DNA of 64,000 bases, from the NCBI GenBank assembly GCA_029561735.1, contig JAKQWZ010000019.1:19388-83387 (forward strand), read 5' to 3'. The notes beneath the pieces were generated by a model that did no database searches, had not been told where the DNA came from, and saw only the letters and a list, made by a program, of their open reading frames with translations. A program made the position numbers and the translations under genes. The first letter of the stretch is position 1; each line of letters starts with the position of its first letter. Source of the DNA: Candidatus Omnitrophota bacterium (GTDB lineage Bacteria; Omnitrophota; Gorgyraeia; Gygaellales; Profunditerraquicolaceae). Shown here piece after piece: positions 38,720 to 47,481 of this stretch.

Positions 38720-40068
38720 TTTTTATTATTTTTTTTACCGTTAGAAAAATTAGGGTTCTTCCAGAATTCTTTTATAACATAATACGCCTTGCGCGGAACA
38801 CGTTTATTTACGCCGTCTTTTAGCTCCGGAGAAAGCGCTACAATGCCAAACCACTCTTCATTCATATTTTTATTATCTTTGGCTTTGATATCAAAATAAT
38901 AGCTCCCGTTAGACCAATTGGAAACAGTATCATGCCTTTCCCAGCCTTGCGGGTTTGATTCATCGTGTTTCCACCACTCATCATTCCATTCAAAACTCGT
39001 CCCGCCTATGCAGTTGCCGGAGCCGTCTTTATTCGTAGCCAGATTCTGGTATATCAGCCGCCACTGCGACTCAAGGAAAAAGGCCTGCATATTCTGGTCC
39101 TCTTTATCCAGATAAGCATCGTAAGCATCAGCGCCGAATTCGCTCAAATACAACGGCTTATCAAAAGTGGCTTTTAAAGAATTAAAAAGGTTACCGAAAG
39201 TCTTGCCGCGATAGATAATACAAGCCACTACATCCACATCCTGACAATATTTATTTGCCTGATCCAGCCCGATCAGCTCGCCGTTACCCAAAGCAACCGG
39301 ATGGTCCGGGTCAATTGCATGTATTGCTTTGCTTATCTCATTGACAAAAGAATAATATATCTTATAACGCATTTCTTTCTGCTTCTGGGGGTTTATTTCT
39401 TTATCTATTTCCGGAGTTGACCAGGCATTGACCTGCCCAAGGCAGGAATAATTGTTCTCATTGCCCAAAACCCACATCAATACCCCGGGCTCATCTTTCA
39501 GGGCTTTGACCATATCAAGGATTTCCTGTTTTATCTTATCTTCAAACCCTTTATCCCCGTAAAACGGGCAGGGATACTGCCAAAACCCCAGCCAATTACC
39601 GATAATTGTGCGTATGCCGAATTTTTCATATAAATCCCTAATGACTATTTTGACTTTTTCAGCATCTTCATGAGATTCATAAAGCCTGATGGTATTGACA
39701 CCCATCTCTTTCATCAATTTTCCGTCAACTAGCCACGGCTTATTCGGGTCTGACCACCAGTCATACGAACTGGTCTGGCCGATCGGAATAGGGCTGTAAC
39801 AGACGCCTTTAATTACGTACGGCTTGCCGTCAACAATAAGCTGATAACGGCTTCCCGGAAGTTTTTTGATAAAGGCTTTGGGCTGTGGCCTTTTAGCCAT
39901 GCCCAATAAAAAAGCCGCCAATACACAAATACACAAAGTCACCGGGATAAATCCGGTGACCTTGTGATTTGCGGCTTGCCTGCCTGCCGGACAGGCAGGC
40001 AGCTTGCGGTTTTTTTTATTCGTACTTAATTTCGTCAAGATAGAATGTGCAGCCTTCGGGATTAGCAT
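38716..40068 (-). CDS. Putative clan GH-A (TIM-barrel, GH5-like) glycoside hydrolase. The N-terminus is uncertain.
   Basis: Candidate acid/base WVLGNENNY and nucleophile LYLSEFGADAY motifs. It is a paralogue of the C-terminal domain of 41254..43611. The 5' 170 nt carries a palindromic element and hairpins, and an alternative start exists at 39900. Confidence 0.55.
   Translation of the reverse strand: MLIPKAAHSILTKLSTNKKNRKLPACPAGRQAANHKVTGFIPVTLCICVLAAFLLGMAKRPQPKAFIKKLPGSRYQLIVDGKPYVIKGVCYSPIPIGQTSSYDWWSDPNKPWLVDGKLMKEMGVNTIRLYESHEDAEKVKIVIRDLYEKFGIRTIIGNWLGFWQYPCPFYGDKGFEDKIKQEILDMVKALKDEPGVLMWVLGNENNYSCLGQVNAWSTPEIDKEINPQKQKEMRYKIYYSFVNEISKAIHAIDPDHPVALGNGELIGLDQANKYCQDVDVVACIIYRGKTFGNLFNSLKATFDKPLYLSEFGADAYDAYLDKEDQNMQAFFLESQWRLIYQNLATNKDGSGNCIGGTSFEWNDEWWKHDESNPQGWERHDTVSNWSNGSYYFDIKAKDNKNMNEEWFGIVALSPELKDGVNKRVPRKAYYVIKEFWKNPNFSNGKKNNKK
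39920..39960 (-). terminator. Hairpin plus U-rich tract downstream of the tandem-domain gene, inside the annotated 5' end of the GH ORF
   Basis: On the minus strand GUCACCGG-auuuauc-CCGGUGAC (8-bp stem) is followed by UUUGUGUAUUUGUGUAU. Confidence 0.3.
39975..40003. repeat. Family-C palindrome in the 5' region of the GH gene
   Basis: gcctgcctgccggacaggcaggc followed by cttgcgg and T8. The same core, cctgcc(t)gccgg(a)caggcagg, occurs at 48677-48696 and 63269-63288. If translated it reads LPACPAGRQAA. Confidence 0.5.
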
Positions 40069-41263
40069 CTAAGTTAGTTGCCCAGCAGAAACCTCCTATA
40101 ATATAGGAAAGGTCTTTGCCTTTCAGGTCAATCGTATACTGGGTCCATTCCTTATTCAGGATAACCGGGCCCACTCCGGCTGTATCAGAGTCGGAAAACT
40201 CTCCCATGATACCGCCGATTTTAAACTCCTCTATGCGCTCGCCGCCGTTTGCGCCTCGCGCCCAGAAAGTGACTTTCGTTGCTTTAGAAAGGTCAAAACC
40301 TGCATCAACATTTCCCCAGTTATTTGCGGGATTCTGCCAATAAATGCCTGCCCAGCGCGCGCCCTGAGAAGCCTTGCCTGAATAAACAATCTTTAAACAG
40401 GTATCTCCCAGATACGGATCGTCACTTGAAGCAGTATCAATTTTGATATCGCCGTAATCACCCATCCAGCCTGAAGGGATGAAGTGGTTATTCATTGACC
40501 TCTTGTCAGCATAAACATAAAACGGCATGCCTTCCTGCTTCTTACCTTCCGGCTTTACAGTCGGATCAGCTTCAAATTTTATATTATCAATATAAAATCT
40601 GGCTCCGTCAGGATTGGTATCCGCATTGACTACAAAACCAAAACCGCCGATTATTGAAGAAAGGTCTTTACCGGCGAGGTTAATGGTGTACTGTTTCCAG
40701 GTATCAGTCAGCTCAATCGGGCCCATTTCAACAGTTGCCGTATCAGCATAAGTGCCCTTGATTCCGCCGACGATAAATTTCTGGATCACTTCTCCGCCTT
40801 TTGCTCCCCTTGCCCAGAAAGTTACCTTGGTCATTCCGGTAAGGTCAAAACCGCCTTTCTTAGTCCCCCAGTTATTTGCGGGATTCTGCCAATACACTCC
40901 TGCCCAACCCTGATTCTGGGTTTTTTTGCCGCTGTAGTTAATCTCAATGCTTGTTGTGCCTGCTTGAGGATTATCCGCTGACTGATCATTTAATTTGATG
41001 TCACCGTAATCGCCCATCCAGCCTGAAGGGATATAATGGTTATCGCGGGCGTTTTTATCCGTATAAACCACAAATTCCTTCAATTGAGTCTTTGCTGCCG
41101 AACCTGAAGCAGCATAATCTTCGGCTAATGCGCATACAGGCATTGCCAAAAGTAACGCTGCCAGAACTACTAATAATTTCTTCATACCTGCCTCCCTTTT
41201 AATTTTTTTTATTATAACTCTGTCAACTATTAACTGCCGGCTGATTCCCTCCTTTACCTCCAC
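40016..41263 (-). CDS. Secreted protein with two tandem ~175-aa carbohydrate-binding-like domains
   Basis: Signal peptide present. An internal duplication covers YVVYTDKNARDNHYIPSGWMGDYGDIK...GWAGVYWQNPANNWG and YVYADKRSMNNHFIPSGWMGDYGDIK...RWAGIYWQNPANNWG. Confidence 0.5.
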   Translation of the reverse strand: MEVKEGISRQLIVDRVIIKKIKREAGMKKLLVVLAALLLAMPVCALAEDYAASGSAAKTQLKEFVVYTDKNARDNHYIPSGWMGDYGDIKLNDQSADNPQAGTTSIEINYSGKKTQNQGWAGVYWQNPANNWGTKKGGFDLTGMTKVTFWARGAKGGEVIQKFIVGGIKGTYADTATVEMGPIELTDTWKQYTINLAGKDLSSIIGGFGFVVNADTNPDGARFYIDNIKFEADPTVKPEGKKQEGMPFYVYADKRSMNNHFIPSGWMGDYGDIKIDTASSDDPYLGDTCLKIVYSGKASQGARWAGIYWQNPANNWGNVDAGFDLSKATKVTFWARGANGGERIEEFKIGGIMGEFSDSDTAGVGPVILNKEWTQYTIDLKGKDLSYIIGGFCWATNLDANPEGCTFYLDEIKYE

Positions 41264-43611
41264 TCCTCTTTATACATAAAATAAGCCTTACGCAGCTGCC
41301 TTAAAAACGGGCTGAGGCTGCCATCGCCCTGACCGGCGATGCCCAGCCATTCCTCATGCATATAGCCATCAGGAAACGGGCCGGTAAACAAACCTTTTTT
41401 ATCATGCACAAACGGCTCATAAGACTTCCACCACTCATCAAGCCATTCAAAGATCACTCCGCCGATAGAATTGCCTTCGCCGCCCTTAAATGCAGAATTG
41501 CCGTATATATCGTCCCATGCGGCTTTATGGTATTCTGCCTGCATATTTTCTGCCGTTTCTTCACTCATGCCTTCGGCATATGCCGGACAGCCGTATTCGG
41601 TTATAAAAACAGGCTTATCTGCCTGTTCTTTAACATCCCTCCAAAGGCGGATAAAGCCAAAATTTCCGCGATAAGCGTTTGTTCCGAAAATATCCACATC
41701 CGGGCAGTTTTTACCGAACTTATCAAGGTAAAGGACGTCACCGTTGCATATGGCTACGGGGTGCTCCGGGTCAATTAATTTGACCGCTTGAGCAACTTCA
41801 TTGGCAAATTTAAAGAACGCGTCCGGCTCCTTATCCGCATTACAGGCATAACCATAGACGTTTTCATTGCCTAAGAGCCAGAACAGGATAAACGGCTCAT
41901 CCTTATATTCAAGGACCATGCTGATCACCGACTGCATCATCTTCTTTTTCTGCTCAGGATCGTTATAGTCGGTGCCGGGGTCCCAGGAAGCGCCTGAGCC
42001 TATGGCGTACTTCCCGAGGAAATCACCCATAATAGTAAGTATACCATAATTTTGCGCTAAATCCCGTAAAAGTTCTTTGTTTACCGGGAAAGGCTGATGA
42101 TACTGCCGGATGGTATTTATCCCCATATCCTTCATCAATTCAAAATCCCCTACTGTCGGCTCGTCTTTATCCTGAATATTATTCCGGTTTTTATCTACAA
42201 ACGAATCATAAGGCCCGTCTATCCTGCAATTTTCATTAAAATCATCAGTCATCCAGTTAGTCTGGGTCCCGTTATCAGGGGACTGTCCGACTTTTGTCGG
42301 CGCATAAGTCACTGCCTGAATCATATAGGGTTTTCCGTCCCTGATCAACTGCCAGTCGCCGTTGTGATACTGCACCAGATGCACTTTGCCTTTGCCTAAA
42401 CGCCTCTTAATGTTCAAAAGGTCGGGCGCAGGCTTAGGTTTGAATTTCTCCAGAGGGCTAACTTTGATAAATTTCCCCGGTTTGACCACAGGGACATCAT
42501 TTGATATCTCATTATCGTAACTGTTTTCAATACGGATATCCGCATCAACCAGCTTATATCCTATCTGCGGATTATGTTTTAATAAATAATTGATTTTCGC
42601 GATTGCAGCCGGGCCGATATACCACGGCGTATGCCAGTAGGTCCAGCCATAACTGCCTGGAAAATGGACAATTACCGCATAATAACATTTTAAGGCATGC
42701 TTTATTAACCCGGCTTTTTCCAGTATCAATCCGAGATAATACAGCTTTACGCCTTGCGGCTCTGTGGAAATGGCCCATTTAAGGAAAGCCGCTTCAATAT
42801 CAGGCGATTGCATAAAATCCCACTGGCTGCCCTCAAGGCGCTTTTCTTTCATTGCCTTTTTAAATTCCGGGTCCCACCTGACAGAAGTTGTATTGGGATA
42901 TATCCCTTCTCCTACAGCTGCGCTCAATCCCTCCTGATCCTTGACAATATATTTATAATCTTTGGTGCCGATATTTTTAAACTCGCCGTATTTTTCATAA
43001 TTGACAATTTCTTCTTTGCCCGGGTCATACAAAATAATCTTAGTCGGAACCTGGCTTACCTTTATCTCAGGGGCTGCAGGCCCGGCCATTATCTCTGGGC
43101 AAGGCGAAACTATTTTCTCATCAGGATTAAGTTTGAGGATGCTTTCTTTTGCCGCCTTAGCCACCTGCCAGAACCAGCCGCGCGGGTCCCAGGCCTGCGA
43201 AAAACAATATTTTTCAACTACGACTTTAAAAACTTTTATTGCTTCGGCGTTCTTGCCCTGATTCCGGAATGATTCTCCCTGAATAAAATAGCATGTTCCC
43301 ACATCGTTTAAAATCTGCACTGCTTCAATATCTTTGCGGTAAGGCGGCATAGTCTTTAACGAAGCCTGTTGCTTGGCTGCTTCAAGGCCGTAAAGATCAA
43401 TACACTCCTGGGTATATTTAAAAGTAGCCTCAACATCTTTTTTACCGTGCGCAGCCCAGGCTTTTACCGTGAGTTCGGAACTGGAAGGCTTATCCTCGGC
43501 AACAGCAGAAAGCCCTGTAAACAAAAAGGCAGCGACAAAGAGAAAACCGAGTATTTTATTTTTACTCTTCGCCGGGCTTGGCATTTTGTCCTTGTTTATC
43601 CGTAATTTCAT
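41254..43611 (-). CDS. Large secreted glycoside hydrolase with an N-terminal unknown domain and a C-terminal clan GH-A catalytic domain
   Basis: Signal peptide present. The C-terminal half carries WLLGNENVYGY and FITEYGCPAYAEG motifs homologous to 38716..40068. Confidence 0.55.
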   Translation of the reverse strand: MKLRINKDKMPSPAKSKNKILGFLFVAAFLFTGLSAVAEDKPSSSELTVKAWAAHGKKDVEATFKYTQECIDLYGLEAAKQQASLKTMPPYRKDIEAVQILNDVGTCYFIQGESFRNQGKNAEAIKVFKVVVEKYCFSQAWDPRGWFWQVAKAAKESILKLNPDEKIVSPCPEIMAGPAAPEIKVSQVPTKIILYDPGKEEIVNYEKYGEFKNIGTKDYKYIVKDQEGLSAAVGEGIYPNTTSVRWDPEFKKAMKEKRLEGSQWDFMQSPDIEAAFLKWAISTEPQGVKLYYLGLILEKAGLIKHALKCYYAVIVHFPGSYGWTYWHTPWYIGPAAIAKINYLLKHNPQIGYKLVDADIRIENSYDNEISNDVPVVKPGKFIKVSPLEKFKPKPAPDLLNIKRRLGKGKVHLVQYHNGDWQLIRDGKPYMIQAVTYAPTKVGQSPDNGTQTNWMTDDFNENCRIDGPYDSFVDKNRNNIQDKDEPTVGDFELMKDMGINTIRQYHQPFPVNKELLRDLAQNYGILTIMGDFLGKYAIGSGASWDPGTDYNDPEQKKKMMQSVISMVLEYKDEPFILFWLLGNENVYGYACNADKEPDAFFKFANEVAQAVKLIDPEHPVAICNGDVLYLDKFGKNCPDVDIFGTNAYRGNFGFIRLWRDVKEQADKPVFITEYGCPAYAEGMSEETAENMQAEYHKAAWDDIYGNSAFKGGEGNSIGGVIFEWLDEWWKSYEPFVHDKKGLFTGPFPDGYMHEEWLGIAGQGDGSLSPFLRQLRKAYFMYKEEWR

Positions 43612-44462
43612 CCTACCAGCGCTCCTTGCGTAACTCCCTTGACGATATATTTCTGCATCAGGATATAGACTATAATAATAGGTAAGGCGGTAATTGTCAG
43701 CCCTGCCATTAACAAGGGGTATTTTGTAATAAATTCTCCCTGAAAGGTCATCAAGGCCACCTGCAGAGGCATAAGGTGCTTACTGTCAAAAATAATCAAA
43801 GCCAAGACGTATTCGTTCCATACATTTAAAGCATTAAATACTACGACAACTGCCAAAACCGGTTTTGCCAGAGGCAAAGCCACATTCCACCATATGCCTA
43901 ATTTATTACAGCCGTCAATTCTGGCGGCATCCTCCAGTTCCTTTGGCATTTTATCAAAAAAGGTCTTAAGCAGGAAAATGCTGGTAGACAGCCCGACGTT
44001 AATCATGCAAAGGACATAGCCTATGCTGGTATCCCTTAAATGCAATTTATTCAGCAAAACATACAACGGAACAAAACTTCCCGGAATGGGTATCATCATT
44101 GCCGCCATAAACATTATAAAAAGAATTGTCCTGCCCGGGAATTTAAAACGGGAAAAAGCATAAGCCGCCAGTGACGAAATCACCACTATCCCTACGACTA
44201 CCAGAGACGTATAAAGAATGCTGTTTATAAAATACCTCCCGAATCCGCCTTCAATCCAGGCATGGTAATAATTCTCAAAATGAAACTCCCGCGGGATCAA
44301 AGACATATCCCTGAATATCGTCTCCTGTGTTTTCAGGCTGGAAACGACCATCCAGATCAGCGGCAAAAGGCAGGTCACTGAAACAGAAATCAAAAATAAA
44401 TGTATCAATACATTAACGCTTACTTTTTTAATTTTGTAATAAATAACCGACTTTACTTTCAT
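43608..44462 (-). CDS. Carbohydrate ABC transporter permease (MalG/UgpE-like)
   Basis: Six TM helices with the EAA loop LEDAARIDGCNKLGIWWNVALPLAKP. Confidence 0.8.
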   Translation of the reverse strand: MKVKSVIYYKIKKVSVNVLIHLFLISVSVTCLLPLIWMVVSSLKTQETIFRDMSLIPREFHFENYYHAWIEGGFGRYFINSILYTSLVVVGIVVISSLAAYAFSRFKFPGRTILFIMFMAAMMIPIPGSFVPLYVLLNKLHLRDTSIGYVLCMINVGLSTSIFLLKTFFDKMPKELEDAARIDGCNKLGIWWNVALPLAKPVLAVVVVFNALNVWNEYVLALIIFDSKHLMPLQVALMTFQGEFITKYPLLMAGLTITALPIIIVYILMQKYIVKGVTQGALVG

Positions 44463-45338
44463 TTAAGCTCTTTCCTTTTTGGAGAATCTATACTGGATAA
44501 ATGAAATGGCAACCAAAATTACGCCGAAAGTAATTCCCTGCGCGCAGGCGTAGCCAAAACGCGAGGATGCCCGCATTGACGCCAGTATCCTTAACACCGG
44601 CACCTCTGTATGGTAAGCCGGCCCGCCTCCGGTCATGGCTATGATCAAAACAAATGCCTGCATTGAACCCAATATAGTCAGGATACCCACCAGAACAGCA
44701 ACCGGTATCATCAAAGGTATAGTCACATTTTTAAAAGACTGTCCTGCATTTGCGCCGTCAACGCGCGCTGCTTCATAAAGTTCGCGGGGTATGGTCTGCA
44801 ATCCGGCGAGAAATATCAAAAAGCCCCAGCCAAATCCTTTCCAGCAATGGACTATGGCAACTGCGGTCAAAGCAGTATTGGGGTCAGACAGCCAGTTATG
44901 CGCCAGCCCGGGCAGGCCTATGCCCCGCAGCCACGTATTAAACATGCCGTAATTGCCGTCAAGTATCCACTGCCAGACCAGCCCAACGACTACTTCGGAT
45001 AATACCGGAGGGATAAAAAATATCAACCGGTAGAAATTTTTCATCTTGATTTCGCGGTCGCAGGCAAGCGCCAGTAAAAACGCCACGGCATTCTGAAAAG
45101 TCAGGGCTATCAAAGTAATGTATCCGGCGTTAAGCATCGCATTCCACCAGATCTTGTCCTGTGTGAATATCTCAATGAAATTGCTTAAGCCGATAAAAGT
45201 TTTGGTGGGCAGAATACCGTCCCATTCAAACATCCCGAGCTGAAAAACATAAAGAAACGGTATGAGGTAAAATATAGAAAATATTACTACTGCGGGTGCG
45301 ACAAAAGCGTAGTTTTCTAAAGTATCTTTTATGCGCAT
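44463..45338 (-). CDS. Carbohydrate ABC transporter permease (MalF/UgpA-like)
   Basis: Six TM helices with the EAA loop YEAARVDGANAGQSFKNVTIPLM. Confidence 0.8.
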   Translation of the reverse strand: MRIKDTLENYAFVAPAVVIFSIFYLIPFLYVFQLGMFEWDGILPTKTFIGLSNFIEIFTQDKIWWNAMLNAGYITLIALTFQNAVAFLLALACDREIKMKNFYRLIFFIPPVLSEVVVGLVWQWILDGNYGMFNTWLRGIGLPGLAHNWLSDPNTALTAVAIVHCWKGFGWGFLIFLAGLQTIPRELYEAARVDGANAGQSFKNVTIPLMIPVAVLVGILTILGSMQAFVLIIAMTGGGPAYHTEVPVLRILASMRASSRFGYACAQGITFGVILVAISFIQYRFSKKERA

Positions 45339-46636
45339 TATCTTTTTTTGGCTAATTCTCTCTCTTTAACGCTCTGCACATGCTGCGCTACCTGTTCCGG
45401 AGTTTTTTCTCCGATGATTATAGATTGTATACCTTTATCAAATGCTTCAATGACTGCCGGAAATTCCGAAACCCCCCAGACATTAGGGTGGGTGCTTGAT
45501 TCAATGGCTCCGGCAAACTGCGCCAGGACTTCAGGTAATTTATTTAAGGTATTCTTATTGGAAGGCAGGTTGTTGGTGGCTTCAGCCAGATACTGCTGCT
45601 GCTCTTTGCCGGTAAGCCACTGCAGGAACTTCACTGCCTCTTCTTTTTTACCGGATTTTGCATTAACCATAAAAGAAGAGCCTGCCCCGCCCCAAATACT
45701 CATCGGGAACTTTTCCGAAACTTTAGGCGGCAGCATTGCCCCGTAATTAAGGTTCGGGTTCATACCTTTATAAACATTTACGCACCATGAGCCGTTGAAC
45801 GCAAACACTGCCCTGCTGTTGGCAAAAAGCTGTTCGGCGTTTTTATTGATCATAGTGACCAGCCCAGTTGCCAATATTCCGGAATCCTGCATATCTTTAA
45901 ATAAAGAAAGTACTTTTACCCAGTCGGGATCAGTATAAGCAACTTTTCCTTTTATTGTATTCAAGACTTTTTCTTTGCCCATTATATTAAAGGCATAGCC
46001 ATTGGCAAAACAGTCTATCATCCAGACCTCTCCCCATCCGGAGACAAGCCCCTGCATTTTGGCCTCTTTTATCTTCTTGCCTATTTCCAGGAATTCCGCA
46101 AAATCTTTCGGAGGTTTATTAAACCCGAGCTGTTTTAAAAGGTCTTTATTGTAAAGCATCTGGATAGTCATTACATCTATGGGCACGCCGTATATCCCCG
46201 GCGGGGTTGAATAATTATTCCCGGGAGCAAACTCATTTACAGCCAAAGCCTTACTGAAAAACTGGTTTTTCCATTCGGAATTATTTGCCAGCATATAAGG
46301 AGATAGGTCAAGAATATGCCCGGCCCTGATAAATGCGCCGAAATCTCTTTTCTCGCCGAGGATACCGAAAACATCAGGAAGGGTGTTGCCTTGGGTTGCT
46401 GCGCGGACTTTCTGGGAATATGCGTCTGAAGGAGCGTAAAGCTCAAAGTTTACTCTGACCCCGGTTTTAGCTTCATAACGCTTGGCAAGCTCCATAAACG
46501 CGGCTTCCCGGTCAGTCATCCAGTGCCAGACCGTGATATAATTCGCATTTTTAGAACCATGCGGAGCGCAACCGGAAATCAATATGCCTGCCGCTACAAT
46601 ACAGATTGCAAATGAAACAAGATAAAATTTTCTCAC
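45338..46636 (-). CDS. Extracellular sugar-binding lipoprotein of the ABC transporter
   Basis: Lipobox LISGCAP. 432 aa, family-1 solute-binding protein. Confidence 0.8.
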   Translation of the reverse strand: MRKFYLVSFAICIVAAGILISGCAPHGSKNANYITVWHWMTDREAAFMELAKRYEAKTGVRVNFELYAPSDAYSQKVRAATQGNTLPDVFGILGEKRDFGAFIRAGHILDLSPYMLANNSEWKNQFFSKALAVNEFAPGNNYSTPPGIYGVPIDVMTIQMLYNKDLLKQLGFNKPPKDFAEFLEIGKKIKEAKMQGLVSGWGEVWMIDCFANGYAFNIMGKEKVLNTIKGKVAYTDPDWVKVLSLFKDMQDSGILATGLVTMINKNAEQLFANSRAVFAFNGSWCVNVYKGMNPNLNYGAMLPPKVSEKFPMSIWGGAGSSFMVNAKSGKKEEAVKFLQWLTGKEQQQYLAEATNNLPSNKNTLNKLPEVLAQFAGAIESSTHPNVWGVSEFPAVIEAFDKGIQSIIIGEKTPEQVAQHVQSVKERELAKKR

Positions 46637-46773
46637 TTGAGCTCCTTTCTCTTACCTATATTATAGAGACACGAAAATGTATTGTATCACAGAAAACCCC
46701 TCAATCAAGCGTTAATTACAACGGGTTTTCCAAATTTAACACAAGATTCGGTATCGGTCAAGGCTTAATTTAT

Positions 46774-47481
46774 CTAACATACCCTCAAAACCCGGCTCAA
46801 GCCCATAAGATCGGCTTTTTCCAGATTTACACCCATGCGGAATTCATTGACTCCGGAAGCCTTTGACCAGACTACGTTTCCGCGGGTGTACAAAGGCGCT
46901 CCCTTATCCGGAACATCCAGCCATATTTCCAGCGGAGTGCGCTCTTTAAGCTCTTCAGAAGCGGTAAATCCTACGCCTTTAGCGCTGATATCCACTGTCC
47001 GGGCTTGGATCTCGCGGTTGTTGTTCAAATCAATCAGGCGCATAGGCATGCTGGCGGCAAAACGCTCAAACACTCTCTTGTCCAGCTCTCCTAAATTCTT
47101 CATATTCTCACCCCCCTTTTCTTCTGACTTGAAATGCTGCTGGTCCATCTGCTTGCTAAAATGTTTGCGCATAAATTTATAAATATGTTCCTTATCCGCA
47201 TCCTTGATCTTAGAAAAATAAAGCCCGTAAGTATAAACTCCTTCGCTTGTCTTATGCCAGACTACCCATACCTGCACATCAATTATCAGCTCATTAGTCA
47301 GCTTTAGCTTGAATTTCACAAAAGAATCATCAGGCAATTTCATGCGTAGTTTAATTTTCATGCCTTTGAAATTCAGGTCGCTAAGCAGGCAGTCGCAAAA
47401 ATGCTCCGCCCCTTCAAGCTTTATCTTAGCCTGCCAGTCTGTCTGCCACCTGTTTATTTGCCTGCGGTTACGTATATCCAT
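46774..47481 (-). CDS. Tandem PilZ-domain protein (putative c-di-GMP receptor)
   Basis: Two RxxxR ... D/NxSxxG patterns: RRQINRW...LSDLNFKGMKIKL and RVFERF...TVDISAKGVGF. Confidence 0.6.
   Translation of the reverse strand: MDIRNRRQINRWQTDWQAKIKLEGAEHFCDCLLSDLNFKGMKIKLRMKLPDDSFVKFKLKLTNELIIDVQVWVVWHKTSEGVYTYGLYFSKIKDADKEHIYKFMRKHFSKQMDQQHFKSEEKGGENMKNLGELDKRVFERFAASMPMRLIDLNNNREIQARTVDISAKGVGFTASEELKERTPLEIWLDVPDKGAPLYTRGNVVWSKASGVNEFRMGVNLEKADLMGLSRVLRVC

Noticed and set aside
46637-46773. LacI-type operator or promoter call in the sugar-binding-protein upstream region
   Set aside because: A TATAAT-like hexamer is present ~25 nt upstream of the ATG. No convincing -35 element at proper spacing or palindromic operator could be identified by eye.
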